The notes: a model not told the origin generated them from the sequence alone. DNA of 64,000 nt from an uncultured Clostridia bacterium (GCA_947625145.1 CANQNC010000003.1:31754-95753); one strand, 5' to 3'; numbered from the stretch's first letter, positions 7,860 through 16,112 are shown. A program made the numbers and translations.

Positions 7860-8798
7860 TTACAGGCGCTCCGCCTCGTCCGCAAGCGCGCGTATTGTCG
7901 CCGCTCTGCTGCCCTGTCCGACCGCCTTGAAGTCCCAACCCGAGCCGTTTCTGAACGCCTTGCCTATGATGATGCCCCTGTCCGAACTCACGTCGTTTTT
8001 GACATGATATTCAACAAGCACTTGGCGCGTCGTGGGCTCGTAAAGGCGTATGTACATGTTGCGCACGTCGCCCAGAGTTTGCCCCCTCTCGACGGAGGAG
8101 TAAATGTTGATGAGGAAGTAGATCTTGTTGAAAGAGGACGGCACTTTGTCAAGATAGACGTCAATGTTTTCGTCGTCCTGATTTCCGCCCTTGTCCGCGC
8201 CCGTGAGGTTGTCGCCGTGGTGCGTCACGCAGCCGTACTTGCTGTTGAGGTTGCCGAAGTACACGATCTCTTGTTCGGAAGATCCCGACAGCACGACTGT
8301 GGAATCGACGTCCATATTCGAACCCGTGCTTGCGGGGTCCCAGCCCACGCCCACATAGATGCGTTTGAGGTCGCTTCCGTCGGGCAGTTTGATGCTTACA
8401 ACGTCGCCCTGTTCAAGCTGCACGGTGTCCGAAGCTCCGAAGCGGCCCGTCGCGCCTGTGACGGGGATTCGATTTGCGCTTGCCGCGGGCACGTCCGCCG
8501 TCGCTCCGCATGCGGGACATTTGGCGTTGTGGATCGCTCTGCCGTCATAGCATATGAATCTCTTGCACGCGCCGCATTGATACACAAACTTGTTGCCGCA
8601 ATGTTTGCACCCCGTCCTCTTGAAGGAATCCCCGATCACGAGGTTTGGGGCGAGCGCCTCGCTGCTGACCGTCGCGGTCTCTCCCGAGATAGCATAGCTT
8701 CCGCCGAGCGCCGCCTCCGAGCCGTTGATGACAAACTGCATGCCAAGCGGTTTTTTCTTTGTGGAGCACGCGCCGAGTTTGGTGATGATCTTTGACAT
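7860..8798 (-). CDS. TerD-domain protein with an N-terminal Cys-rich (double zinc-knuckle) extension
   Basis: I trimmed the start to ATG 8798, which has a GGAGGT RBS; the track start at 8813 is TTG. The C-terminal half has TerD hallmarks: VGVGWDP...DVDSTVVL...VYFGNL...HHGDNLTGADKGGNQDDENIDVYLDKVP...IYFLINIY. Upstream lies CKHCGNKFVYQCGACKRFICYDGRAIHNAKCPACG. Confidence 0.85.
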   Translation of the reverse strand: MSKIITKLGACSTKKKPLGMQFVINGSEAALGGSYAISGETATVSSEALAPNLVIGDSFKRTGCKHCGNKFVYQCGACKRFICYDGRAIHNAKCPACGATADVPAASANRIPVTGATGRFGASDTVQLEQGDVVSIKLPDGSDLKRIYVGVGWDPASTGSNMDVDSTVVLSGSSEQEIVYFGNLNSKYGCVTHHGDNLTGADKGGNQDDENIDVYLDKVPSSFNKIYFLINIYSSVERGQTLGDVRNMYIRLYEPTTRQVLVEYHVKNDVSSDRGIIIGKAFRNGSGWDFKAVGQGSRAATIRALADEAERL

Positions 8799-8850
8799 AT
8801 TGACCTCCGACAATGTATTTTCTTATTTTATCCTATTAAGGAGCACCGAT

Positions 8851-8879
8851 ATTATAGCACGCCTGTTTTCCTTGCACAA
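8851..8879 (-). promoter_or_regulatory. promoter of the TerD gene
   Basis: The minus strand reads TTGTGC-17 nt-TATAAT (attata at 8851-8856, gcacaa at 8874-8879), about 50 nt upstream of the ATG at 8798. Confidence 0.55.
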
Positions 8880-9125
8880 GGGCGGTTTCAAAAAATTTTT
8901 GTCCTCTCCGCACGCATTCAGAAATCAAAAACCATTCCAAAATTCGCCGATTTTTATAATAGTATTCAAAAAATCATTACAATTTGTAATACTTATTAGC
9001 CATATTTTTTGAAATTCTCCGCAAAACCCCACGTCATTCCTCAAAACGCTCCCTCTCAAAAAAAATCACTCTTCATACGCTTTCACTTCAAATCGGCAAG
9101 CCTTTTGCGCCTTTCAAGCGCTCTT

Positions 9126-9158
9126 CAAAAAGGATACGCGCCCGTTTCGGGCGCGTAT
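9126..9158 (-). terminator. rho-independent terminator after the 602-aa acidic protein gene
   Basis: An 11-bp GC-rich stem (ATACGCGCCCG / CGGGCGCGTAT) is followed by CCTTTTT on the minus strand. It starts 5 nt after the stop. Confidence 0.75.
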
Positions 9159-9162
9159 GCCG

Positions 9163-10971
9163 TCAGTTTTTCTTTGCTTTTCTATCCCTTCTTTTGAGGC
9201 GTTTTTCATCCTTGATTTGCACCTGCGGAGTCTCTGTTTGCGGGTCACGGTTTGCCTTACGCAAAGGCTTCAAAGGAAGATGAAGTTTGTCGGGCAAGAG
9301 CTTTGTTTTCTTCACGACGACCACTTCCTGCGAATCCTTGTCGGACGACATATAAAGCGCTGTCTCCCCTATCTCCCATTCCTTTCCGTCGGGATCGAAC
9401 CAATACACTTTTTTGCTGCGACGGCGGAACATGACGCCCACGACCTCTATGCCGTTTTCGTCGTATTCCTCCTCTTCAATCGGTTGAGTTTCCTCTTCCC
9501 CTGCGGGCGCCTCGCTCTCCGTTTCGTTCACAGGCGCCTCGCGCGTCTCGTTTGCTTGCTCTGTCTCGACGACTTGTTCGGGCTCTTGCTCAGGCTCTTG
9601 CTCGGGCTCTTCCTCAAACGCGGGATTTTCTTCCTCGGCTTCAGGCATATCCTCTGCCGTTGCCTCTTCATCAGTCTCGGAAGTCCCCTCTTCCGCAGTC
9701 CCTGCCTCGGACTCCGACTCTTCCTCGGACTCTTCTTTGTCTTCATCCTCGACTGCGAATTCTTCCACCGCGACTTCTTCCGTTTCGTCCTCGGCGACAG
9801 GCTCTCCGACTTCTTCCTCGGTCTTTTCTTCCTCGACCTCGGGTTCGCCGACATCTTCTTCCTCCGCAAATTCTTCTGCGGGGACTTCGTCGGACGCGGA
9901 TTCAACCTCAACTGTTTCTTCCTCAACAGATCCTTCTTCGAAAGGCTCTTCCTCTTCAAAAGCCGCTTCCCCTTCTTCAACGGGAGCGACGGTCTCGTCC
10001 GAGGTCTCCTCTGCAACTTCCGTGACAGTTTTCGTGACAGTTTCTTCGGTGACTTCCGCGGCGGCTTCTTCGGCGATATCTTGCGGAGCCGTATCCTCGC
10101 TCTCCACATATATGCGCTTGATGAGGCCCTTTTCGATAAGCGCCTCGGTATCCTCGTAAGGCAGATAGAAATCTTCCTCCGCACGCTCCTTACGCTCTAT
10201 CCCCCGCGCGCTCATCACTGCGGCGATAAGTTCCGCGGCATATCTCACGCGCCGCTCGTTTTTAAGGCGATACATGCAAGGCGTGTCGGCATAAGTGGAA
10301 TATTCCGAGACGTCCTCGACCTTGTATTTGCTTTCCGCATATGACGCGGGGTCGAGAGGCAGATATATGCACAGCGTGTTGCCGCGATATCTGAAGCGGG
10401 CGACCTTTATCCTGCCCATGCGGAAGGTCTCGCGTTTCCAGCTCATCCGCGCCTTGACCTTTTTGTAGGAGAGGAGTTGGTTTTTGAGCTTTGCGTACCA
10501 CGCTTTGACCTCGTCGCCGGATTGGATGAGTTTGGCGGTGAAGCTCTTGTTGTACAGCACTCCGTCCCCCTCAAACAGCAATGCGGAAGCGGGGACGGTT
10601 ACGATCGGACGTTCCGTCTTTGCTTGCTCCGCTTGCCCCTCGGGCTGTTCGGTTTCCGCTTGCATTTCATGCTCGGCGGGCTGTTCTTGGGCATCATATC
10701 CCGCAGGCTGTTGCTCGACGTCGCTTATCTCCGCTTGCGCCGCCGTCTCTTCCGCTTCGGGCGCTTGTTCCGCAAGCGCTCCGCCCATCCGAGCGGGGAC
10801 TGCGCCGACAGCCTCTCGTCTACGGCGCGAGACCGACACGGCGACGACGATCGTAAGAACAATGGCGGCAAGCGTAAGCACGACCGCGACGATGCAGATC
10901 GCAAACAGGATGATGCCTTCCGTCCCGTTCATAAAAAACGTATTGTCAAAGAAAGATTTGATTGCCGACAT
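9163..10971 (-). CDS. signal-anchored protein with a conserved-looking central domain and a long Glu-rich acidic tract (unknown function)
   Basis: 602-aa ORF starting at ATG 10971. It has an N-terminal TM helix (GIILFAICIVAVVLTLAAIVLTIVVAV). The central region reads YNKSFTAKLIQSGDEVKAWYAKLKNQLLSYKKVKARMSWKRETFRMGRIKVARFRYRGNTLCIYLPLDP...YKVEDVS. An E/T/A-rich tract of about 200 aa follows. The C-terminal beta-like module is VVGVMFRRRSKKVYWFDPDGKEWEIGE. Confidence 0.75.
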   Translation of the reverse strand: MSAIKSFFDNTFFMNGTEGIILFAICIVAVVLTLAAIVLTIVVAVSVSRRRREAVGAVPARMGGALAEQAPEAEETAAQAEISDVEQQPAGYDAQEQPAEHEMQAETEQPEGQAEQAKTERPIVTVPASALLFEGDGVLYNKSFTAKLIQSGDEVKAWYAKLKNQLLSYKKVKARMSWKRETFRMGRIKVARFRYRGNTLCIYLPLDPASYAESKYKVEDVSEYSTYADTPCMYRLKNERRVRYAAELIAAVMSARGIERKERAEEDFYLPYEDTEALIEKGLIKRIYVESEDTAPQDIAEEAAAEVTEETVTKTVTEVAEETSDETVAPVEEGEAAFEEEEPFEEGSVEEETVEVESASDEVPAEEFAEEEDVGEPEVEEEKTEEEVGEPVAEDETEEVAVEEFAVEDEDKEESEEESESEAGTAEEGTSETDEEATAEDMPEAEEENPAFEEEPEQEPEQEPEQVVETEQANETREAPVNETESEAPAGEEETQPIEEEEYDENGIEVVGVMFRRRSKKVYWFDPDGKEWEIGETALYMSSDKDSQEVVVVKKTKLLPDKLHLPLKPLRKANRDPQTETPQVQIKDEKRLKRRDRKAKKN

Positions 10972-12046
10972 ATTTTACCTCATCTTCGAGTTTCTTTTTT
11001 TTCTTTAAGACGACCGCAAGCGCGATCAGGATCAAGACGTCCGCAAACAGGACGCCCGTCGCGATGATGATGACGGAGAAGTAGGACGTGTACGTGCTTG
11101 TAAACACATACGCCGAAAGCCCGTCCGCCACAAAGATGACATAATCTCCGTCTCGGGTATACTCGACGCTCGCGGACCTTGCCACCGTCATAAGTTCGAA
11201 ATCCTTGCTTCTGAACTCTTCGGGAATGAGGAGCCGCACGGTCACCTTTCCGTCGATCTGGACTTCCACGCCGTCCTTGCACATTTTCACGACAAATTTT
11301 TCGGACACTTGGTCCTTCCCCCACGCCAAGTATGTACGCTCGACGCCCTCTATCTTTTCCACAACAAGCTCGAGGGTCGGGTCGAAGCCTTCCTCGCTTT
11401 CGATGAATACATCGGACTCCTTTTCCTCGGAAGAGGGTTCGACCTGCGTCTGCGTACGCAAAATGGTGAGGGTTGCGGTCATTTGGGCGAACACGCCGTC
11501 GGGGTCGCGGAACATCGCCGTCACGGTGTAGATGGAGGGATCCGTCTGTCCGTTCCCCTCGTACGTCACGGTCACATTGGTGGGCAGCTCCCCGTTTATC
11601 AAAACGTCGTGCGCCTCGCCGTCATACTTCACGGTCATATCCTCAAACAGTATCCCGCTCAGATCGTGGCTCACTTCCAAGATCTCCAACGTCGCCTCTT
11701 TGCTCGGAATAAGATTGTGGTTCAGCTCGTCTCCCTTGAAGTTCGCCGTTACGGTATACCTTCCGGGCGTCTTCTTCCCGTTCCCGTCGTAGGTCACGGT
11801 CACGCCGTACGGCAGATCCCCCTCAATGTACAAGTTGTGCTCTTCCGCGTCGTAGGTGAGCGTAAGATCGTCAAAAGTCACCCCGCTCATGTCGTAATCT
11901 GCTTTCAAAATCGCAAACTCGACCGTAAGATCGACGGTTTCGCTGTCCTTCCACTTGAAGTTTTTGCTTGCCGCTTCGGTCAACGTTATCTTCACGGAAT
12001 AGACCGCCGTCGACCGCAACCGCACAATGTCGCTCAGCGGAGCCAT
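10946..12046 (-). CDS. MBG/YDG-repeat surface protein with a C-terminal TM anchor; start uncertain, probably 5'-truncated
   Basis: Two clear repeats are present: MSGVTFDDLTLTYDAEEHNLYIEGDLPYGVTVTYDGNGKKTPGRYTVTANF and LSGILFEDMTVKYDGEAHDVLINGELPTNVTVTYEGNGQTDPSIYTVTAMF. The C-terminus is VIIIATGVLFADVLILIALAVVLKKKKK. The track ORF N-terminus (12047-12442) is antisense to the TM region of the histidine kinase and looks spurious. The first in-frame ATG is 12046, with no SD and no signal peptide. Confidence 0.55.
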   Translation of the reverse strand: MAPLSDIVRLRSTAVYSVKITLTEAASKNFKWKDSETVDLTVEFAILKADYDMSGVTFDDLTLTYDAEEHNLYIEGDLPYGVTVTYDGNGKKTPGRYTVTANFKGDELNHNLIPSKEATLEILEVSHDLSGILFEDMTVKYDGEAHDVLINGELPTNVTVTYEGNGQTDPSIYTVTAMFRDPDGVFAQMTATLTILRTQTQVEPSSEEKESDVFIESEEGFDPTLELVVEKIEGVERTYLAWGKDQVSEKFVVKMCKDGVEVQIDGKVTVRLLIPEEFRSKDFELMTVARSASVEYTRDGDYVIFVADGLSAYVFTSTYTSYFSVIIIATGVLFADVLILIALAVVLKKKKKLEDEVKYVGNQIFL

Positions 12047-13340
12047 AATCGGCGCGGTTACGTTTTTGCTGTTTATCCTGATATGCGTCCTCAAACGCTC
12101 CCTCTCCTTCGTCCCGCAATTGCTGTTTGCCGCGGGGATATTTTTGGCGATGTTTTCCACGTATATGCTGTTCGGTTTCACCACCGTTCCGTACTTCCTG
12201 CTTGCCATACGCCGCTTTTCGGCGGGCTTCCTTATCTTCGCTTCCTCGCTGTATCTCCCCAAAAAGGCAGGCAAGGTCCCCGTTTTGTACCCCACAAGCG
12301 CCGCCACGATCGTCGCGACCATCTTGGCGTTTATCTCTCCGTTTTGCACCACCGTCGCCGCGCACGCCGCGGTCTGCATGACGTATATCGTCTTGGCGTT
12401 TGCCTGCGTCATAGTCGTCTTTGCGTTCACTTTGCGCGACATCTACAAAAACAAGCCGCTTGGCCTCAGGCTGACCACCGTCATCATAGGCGTTTCCACC
12501 GTCATGGCGCTGTTTGCCACGCATCCCATCCCCTTCACCATGCTCTCTCCCGCGTTTTGGCTGTATTTCGTCGAACTCTGCGTCACCCTTGTGCTCGGCC
12601 TCAGAGAGTTCATCACCGCGGAAAGGCACAATCGCTATCTCACCGCAAACCTCGAGCAGGAGGTCTCCCGCCAAACGCAAAGTTTGCAGGACGTCATCGC
12701 CGAACGCGACAACATCTTGCTGTACGTCAGCCATGACATGAAAAAGACCGTATCCTCTATGGGCGACGCCTTGACCGACTTGCGCCAAGAGCTCTCCGCC
12801 CCCGAAGCGGTGGAAAAAGTGGACCGCCTGCTGCAAAAGACAGCGGACCTCAAAAAAGATTTCGCGGACCTAGGCAAGTACAACAAGCAAAACTACGTCG
12901 CCGAACAGTCCGAAGAGGTCAACGTCAGTCGCATTGTGCAAAGCGTGACCGACGACCTCCGCCCCGACTGCGAGGCAAACGGCATCGTCTTGACCGTCAC
13001 CGTGCCCGAAACCTTGAACGTGTACGCCAAAAAAGTCGCCTTGGAAAGCGTCATCTTCAATCTGGTCATGAACGCGATCGAGCACTCGTTCTGCTCGCAT
13101 CTGTCCGTGATCGCCGCAAAACGCAAGGGCTTCTGCCGCCTCGACGTCATAGACGACGGTCAGGGCGTCAACACCGACAAAAACGTCTTTGCTCCCTTCG
13201 TTTCGGGCAGTTCCTCGGAAGGCAATTCGGGCCTCGGACTGTTCTTGGCAAAAAACGCAATCGAAACCATGCACGGCCAATTGACCTACGAGCGCAAGAG
13301 CGATCTGACCATATTCACCGCCACCCTTCCCCTCTCCTAA
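12027..13340 (+). CDS. sensor histidine kinase with a 7-TM N-terminal domain (no response regulator adjacent)
   Basis: 437 aa with seven hydrophobic helices. The H-box is LLYVSHDMKKTVSSM, the N-box is FNLVMNAIEHS, G1 is VIDDGQGV and G2 is NSGLGLFLAKNAIE. No SD precedes the ATG at 12027, so the start is uncertain. Confidence 0.8.
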   Translation: MSLSGAIIGAVTFLLFILICVLKRSLSFVPQLLFAAGIFLAMFSTYMLFGFTTVPYFLLAIRRFSAGFLIFASSLYLPKKAGKVPVLYPTSAATIVATILAFISPFCTTVAAHAAVCMTYIVLAFACVIVVFAFTLRDIYKNKPLGLRLTTVIIGVSTVMALFATHPIPFTMLSPAFWLYFVELCVTLVLGLREFITAERHNRYLTANLEQEVSRQTQSLQDVIAERDNILLYVSHDMKKTVSSMGDALTDLRQELSAPEAVEKVDRLLQKTADLKKDFADLGKYNKQNYVAEQSEEVNVSRIVQSVTDDLRPDCEANGIVLTVTVPETLNVYAKKVALESVIFNLVMNAIEHSFCSHLSVIAAKRKGFCRLDVIDDGQGVNTDKNVFAPFVSGSSSEGNSGLGLFLAKNAIETMHGQLTYERKSDLTIFTATLPLS

Positions 13341-13562
13341 ATTCAAAAATATTGCCTCCGCAATCTCCGCCGCGCTCTTTCTCTCTCTTGTTTTCATATA
13401 TCCGCTTGCCTCAGCAAGCTCCGCCAACGATTTTTCTCTCTCTTTTTCAAAAATCCGCTTGCCTCAGCATGCTCTCACACAGCGGCACGCGCCCTTCCTC
13501 TCTCCCGACTTCAACGCCCGCTCTCCTGTTTCAAAAATATCCTCTTAAACATCATAATACGC

Positions 13563-13598
13563 CATACGCGCGCACATGCGCGCGTATGTATACGTATA
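13563..13598. repeat. 36-nt perfectly alternating pyrimidine-purine tract containing a 26-bp palindrome and a 10-bp palindrome
   Basis: catacgcgcgca-ca-tgcgcgcgtatg spans 13563-13588 with 12-bp perfect arms, followed by tatacgtata at 13589-13598. It lies between the convergent histidine kinase and rlmD-like genes. Confidence 0.8.
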
Positions 13599-13710
13599 AG
13601 TTTTGATGGAATCGCTTGTTTTTTTGATTTATATCTCAAAATTCGATCTGAAAATTTGTCTCTTTATCTCACAAAAATCGGATAAACTTTCAAATTGTAT
13701 GATTTTCCGC

Positions 13711-15045
13711 TCAAGCGCGCGACAGGACCGCCAAAGTCTCAACGTTTGCGGTGCACGGGAACATGTCGTAGGGACGAACGCTTTCGAGTTTCCAACCAAG
13801 CCGCGCGATGTCCCGCGCGAGCGTGATGGGATTGCAGGAAATATAGATTATCTTGTCAAAACCCCTCTCGTTTGCAATACGCAGGACTTCCTCGTCGCAA
13901 CCGCGTCTGGGCGGATCCAACACAAGCGTGCCGCCCTTGACGTCCGCACGCTTCATGTAGGCGAGGGCGTCCTCGCAAACGCACTCCACCCTGTCGTCTA
14001 TCCTCAATTTGCGGGCGAGTTCGGCGGCGGTCGCGCTTGCCTCGGGTTCTATTTCCACCGCCGCGATCTTGACGTCGGGCGCGAGCAGGGCAAGCTGTGC
14101 CGTAAGCAATCCCACGCCCGAATAAAGCTCGACGATATCCCCTCCGCCCGCAAGCTCGGCGGCGACGTCCGCGTATATCGCGTCCCGCACCGCCTCGTTG
14201 ACCTGCAAAAATGACTTAGGCGAAACGCGAGCGGAAAATCCGCCCAACCGCTGTTCTCTCTCCTCGCCGAACACGAGGCGCACGCTGTCGCCGAAGATAG
14301 CGTTGCCCGCCTTTTTGTTTGGGGATACGTATATGCAAAAATCCGAAAACTTTTCCGCAAGCGCCGCGGACAGACGATGAAGATGCGGAAGCTCGTCCGC
14401 GTTCACCACCACCGTGAGGCTCAAATCGTCCAACATGCGCGCGACGACGTGCCGCAAAACGCCCTTTCCGCTTGCCTCGTCGTACACGGATATCCCGCAT
14501 TCGTTAGCCCACGCCGAGACCGCTTGAATGACGTCCGCCGCCCACTGTCCGTGCAGAGGACACCACTTCAGCGGCACAACCTTGTGCGTGCGCTTTTCGA
14601 AAAAGCCGAGGCTTACTCTCCCGCTCGTCCTGTTGTAGGCGAAGGGAAGGGATATCTTGTTTCGGTATTCAAATTGGTTCAAACTTACGGGAAGGGGCAC
14701 GTCGAAGTCCACGCCCGCAAACTTTTTGAGCGCGGAGGCGACCGCGTTTCGCTTTATCTCAAGCTGCCCCTCCAAGGAAATATGCTGAAGATCGCAGCCC
14801 CCGCACCTGCCGAAATAGGGACAGCGCGGCTTGACTCTGCACTCGGACGGAGCCAACACCTCGAGAAGTTCCGCATGCGCGAAATCCTTCCCCGCATGTT
14901 TGACCCGCACGCGCACCGTCTCCCCTTTGATGGCAAAAGGGACGAAGATGGGATATCGTCCCATCTTGATCACGCCCTCGCCCTCGCTTCCGAAGTCCGA
15001 GACCACGCCCTCTATCACGTCGTTGACGGCAATATCGGTCAGCAT
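13711..15045 (-). CDS. rlmD: TRAM-domain 23S rRNA (uracil-5-)-methyltransferase, RumA/RlmD family
   Basis: 444 aa with an N-terminal TRAM-like domain. The Fe-S Cys cluster is CPYFGRCGGCDLQH, the SAM fold is VELYSGVGLLT, and the C-terminus reads DPPRRGC...ISCNP. Confidence 0.85.
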   Translation of the reverse strand: MLTDIAVNDVIEGVVSDFGSEGEGVIKMGRYPIFVPFAIKGETVRVRVKHAGKDFAHAELLEVLAPSECRVKPRCPYFGRCGGCDLQHISLEGQLEIKRNAVASALKKFAGVDFDVPLPVSLNQFEYRNKISLPFAYNRTSGRVSLGFFEKRTHKVVPLKWCPLHGQWAADVIQAVSAWANECGISVYDEASGKGVLRHVVARMLDDLSLTVVVNADELPHLHRLSAALAEKFSDFCIYVSPNKKAGNAIFGDSVRLVFGEEREQRLGGFSARVSPKSFLQVNEAVRDAIYADVAAELAGGGDIVELYSGVGLLTAQLALLAPDVKIAAVEIEPEASATAAELARKLRIDDRVECVCEDALAYMKRADVKGGTLVLDPPRRGCDEEVLRIANERGFDKIIYISCNPITLARDIARLGWKLESVRPYDMFPCTANVETLAVLSRA

Positions 15046-16112
15046 TTTTCTCCTTTTTTCATGACGGCTTTGTAGTCGGTCAAAAACTTTTCCACTCTGA
15101 GGAAGCCCTCGCTCATATCCACGCCCAGCTCTTCCTCTCGTTTAAGATACCAACGATACAGTTTAAGCGCGTCTCTTCTCGCGGGCGCGAAGGGGAAGCG
15201 CAACACATAGCAGTGCCCGCCGTTGAAGATATTCCGCCCTATCGCGTACTCGTTGCTTACGCCCAGCGCGGACAGCTTGCCCGCCATACGCTTCGCCTCT
15301 CCCGCGCACAGCATGTCGAAGCCGCCGCCGTCGTTGAAGGAGGGAGGAAACTCCGCGTTCAAAAAGTTGTACGGCTCGATAAGCGTAGACAGCTCGCTTT
15401 TGCGAAACTCCGAGCGCGAGTGCGTGCGCGTGACGTATCTGACCTCGAGAGTGTGCGTAAACGGGATACGCAACATGACCTTCATGCTGAACGCGCCGCT
15501 GACAAAGATCATGCCCGCAGGATGGATCGCGGGGCGCGGAATGTGCAATTTTTCGGAATATTCCTCATTGCAGGCGGCAACGGCGAGGCATGCGGAAAGA
15601 TGTCCGCCCGAACTGTCCCCCGTGACCGTTATGTTGTGCGGGTCCACTCCGTACTGCTCCGCGTGCTCCACGATGAAGTTGTACGCGTCTATGCAGTCCT
15701 CAAGATTTTGCGGAAAGATTGTCTCGGGGCAAAGGCGATGGTCTATCACAAACACAGTCGCGCCCATTGCGGCGAAACAGCGCGCATAGCCCGCTCTGCG
15801 CTTGCGATTGTGTATCATCCAACCCCCGCCCGGGATGTCCAGCACCGCGGCGCCCACAGAGCGAGTTGGCAGGTATACGTCAAGCTGAAGCTCCTGCCCG
15901 TCCGCGGTTTTGTACACGACGTCCTCCACGACCTTTATCTCGTCGTTGAAAGGAGTGCGCCCGTTGGGTTCGGACCTTGCCTCTTCAACCGCGTCGAAGA
16001 TCTTCCCCATAAGAGGGCGCCTGAACATGCGATGCTCTTTGAAAAAGCGCTTGTCAAGCTCGCGCTCCGCCCTCTTTTGCTGTTTTTTGTCCTTTTTGAT
16101 ATCTTCACTCAT
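15039..16112 (-). CDS. alpha/beta hydrolase, HSL-like esterase/lipase family
   Basis: 357 aa. The oxyanion-type motif is IPGGGW and the nucleophile elbow is VTGDSSGGHL. It overlaps the rlmD-like start by 7 nt, consistent with an operon. Confidence 0.75.
   Translation of the reverse strand: MSEDIKKDKKQQKRAERELDKRFFKEHRMFRRPLMGKIFDAVEEARSEPNGRTPFNDEIKVVEDVVYKTADGQELQLDVYLPTRSVGAAVLDIPGGGWMIHNRKRRAGYARCFAAMGATVFVIDHRLCPETIFPQNLEDCIDAYNFIVEHAEQYGVDPHNITVTGDSSGGHLSACLAVAACNEEYSEKLHIPRPAIHPAGMIFVSGAFSMKVMLRIPFTHTLEVRYVTRTHSRSEFRKSELSTLIEPYNFLNAEFPPSFNDGGGFDMLCAGEAKRMAGKLSALGVSNEYAIGRNIFNGGHCYVLRFPFAPARRDALKLYRWYLKREEELGVDMSEGFLRVEKFLTDYKAVMKKGEKC

Noticed and set aside
9528-10184. K/R/S/P-rich ORFs in other frames of the acidic tract
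   Set aside because: They are frame artefacts of the GAA/GAG-rich low-complexity region of the 602-aa gene.
12047-12442. N-terminal 132 aa of the 498-aa track ORF (MSRKVNAKTT...)
   Set aside because: This region is the reverse complement of the seven-helix TM domain of the histidine kinase and has no repeat or signal-peptide features. The kinase frame is far more convincing.
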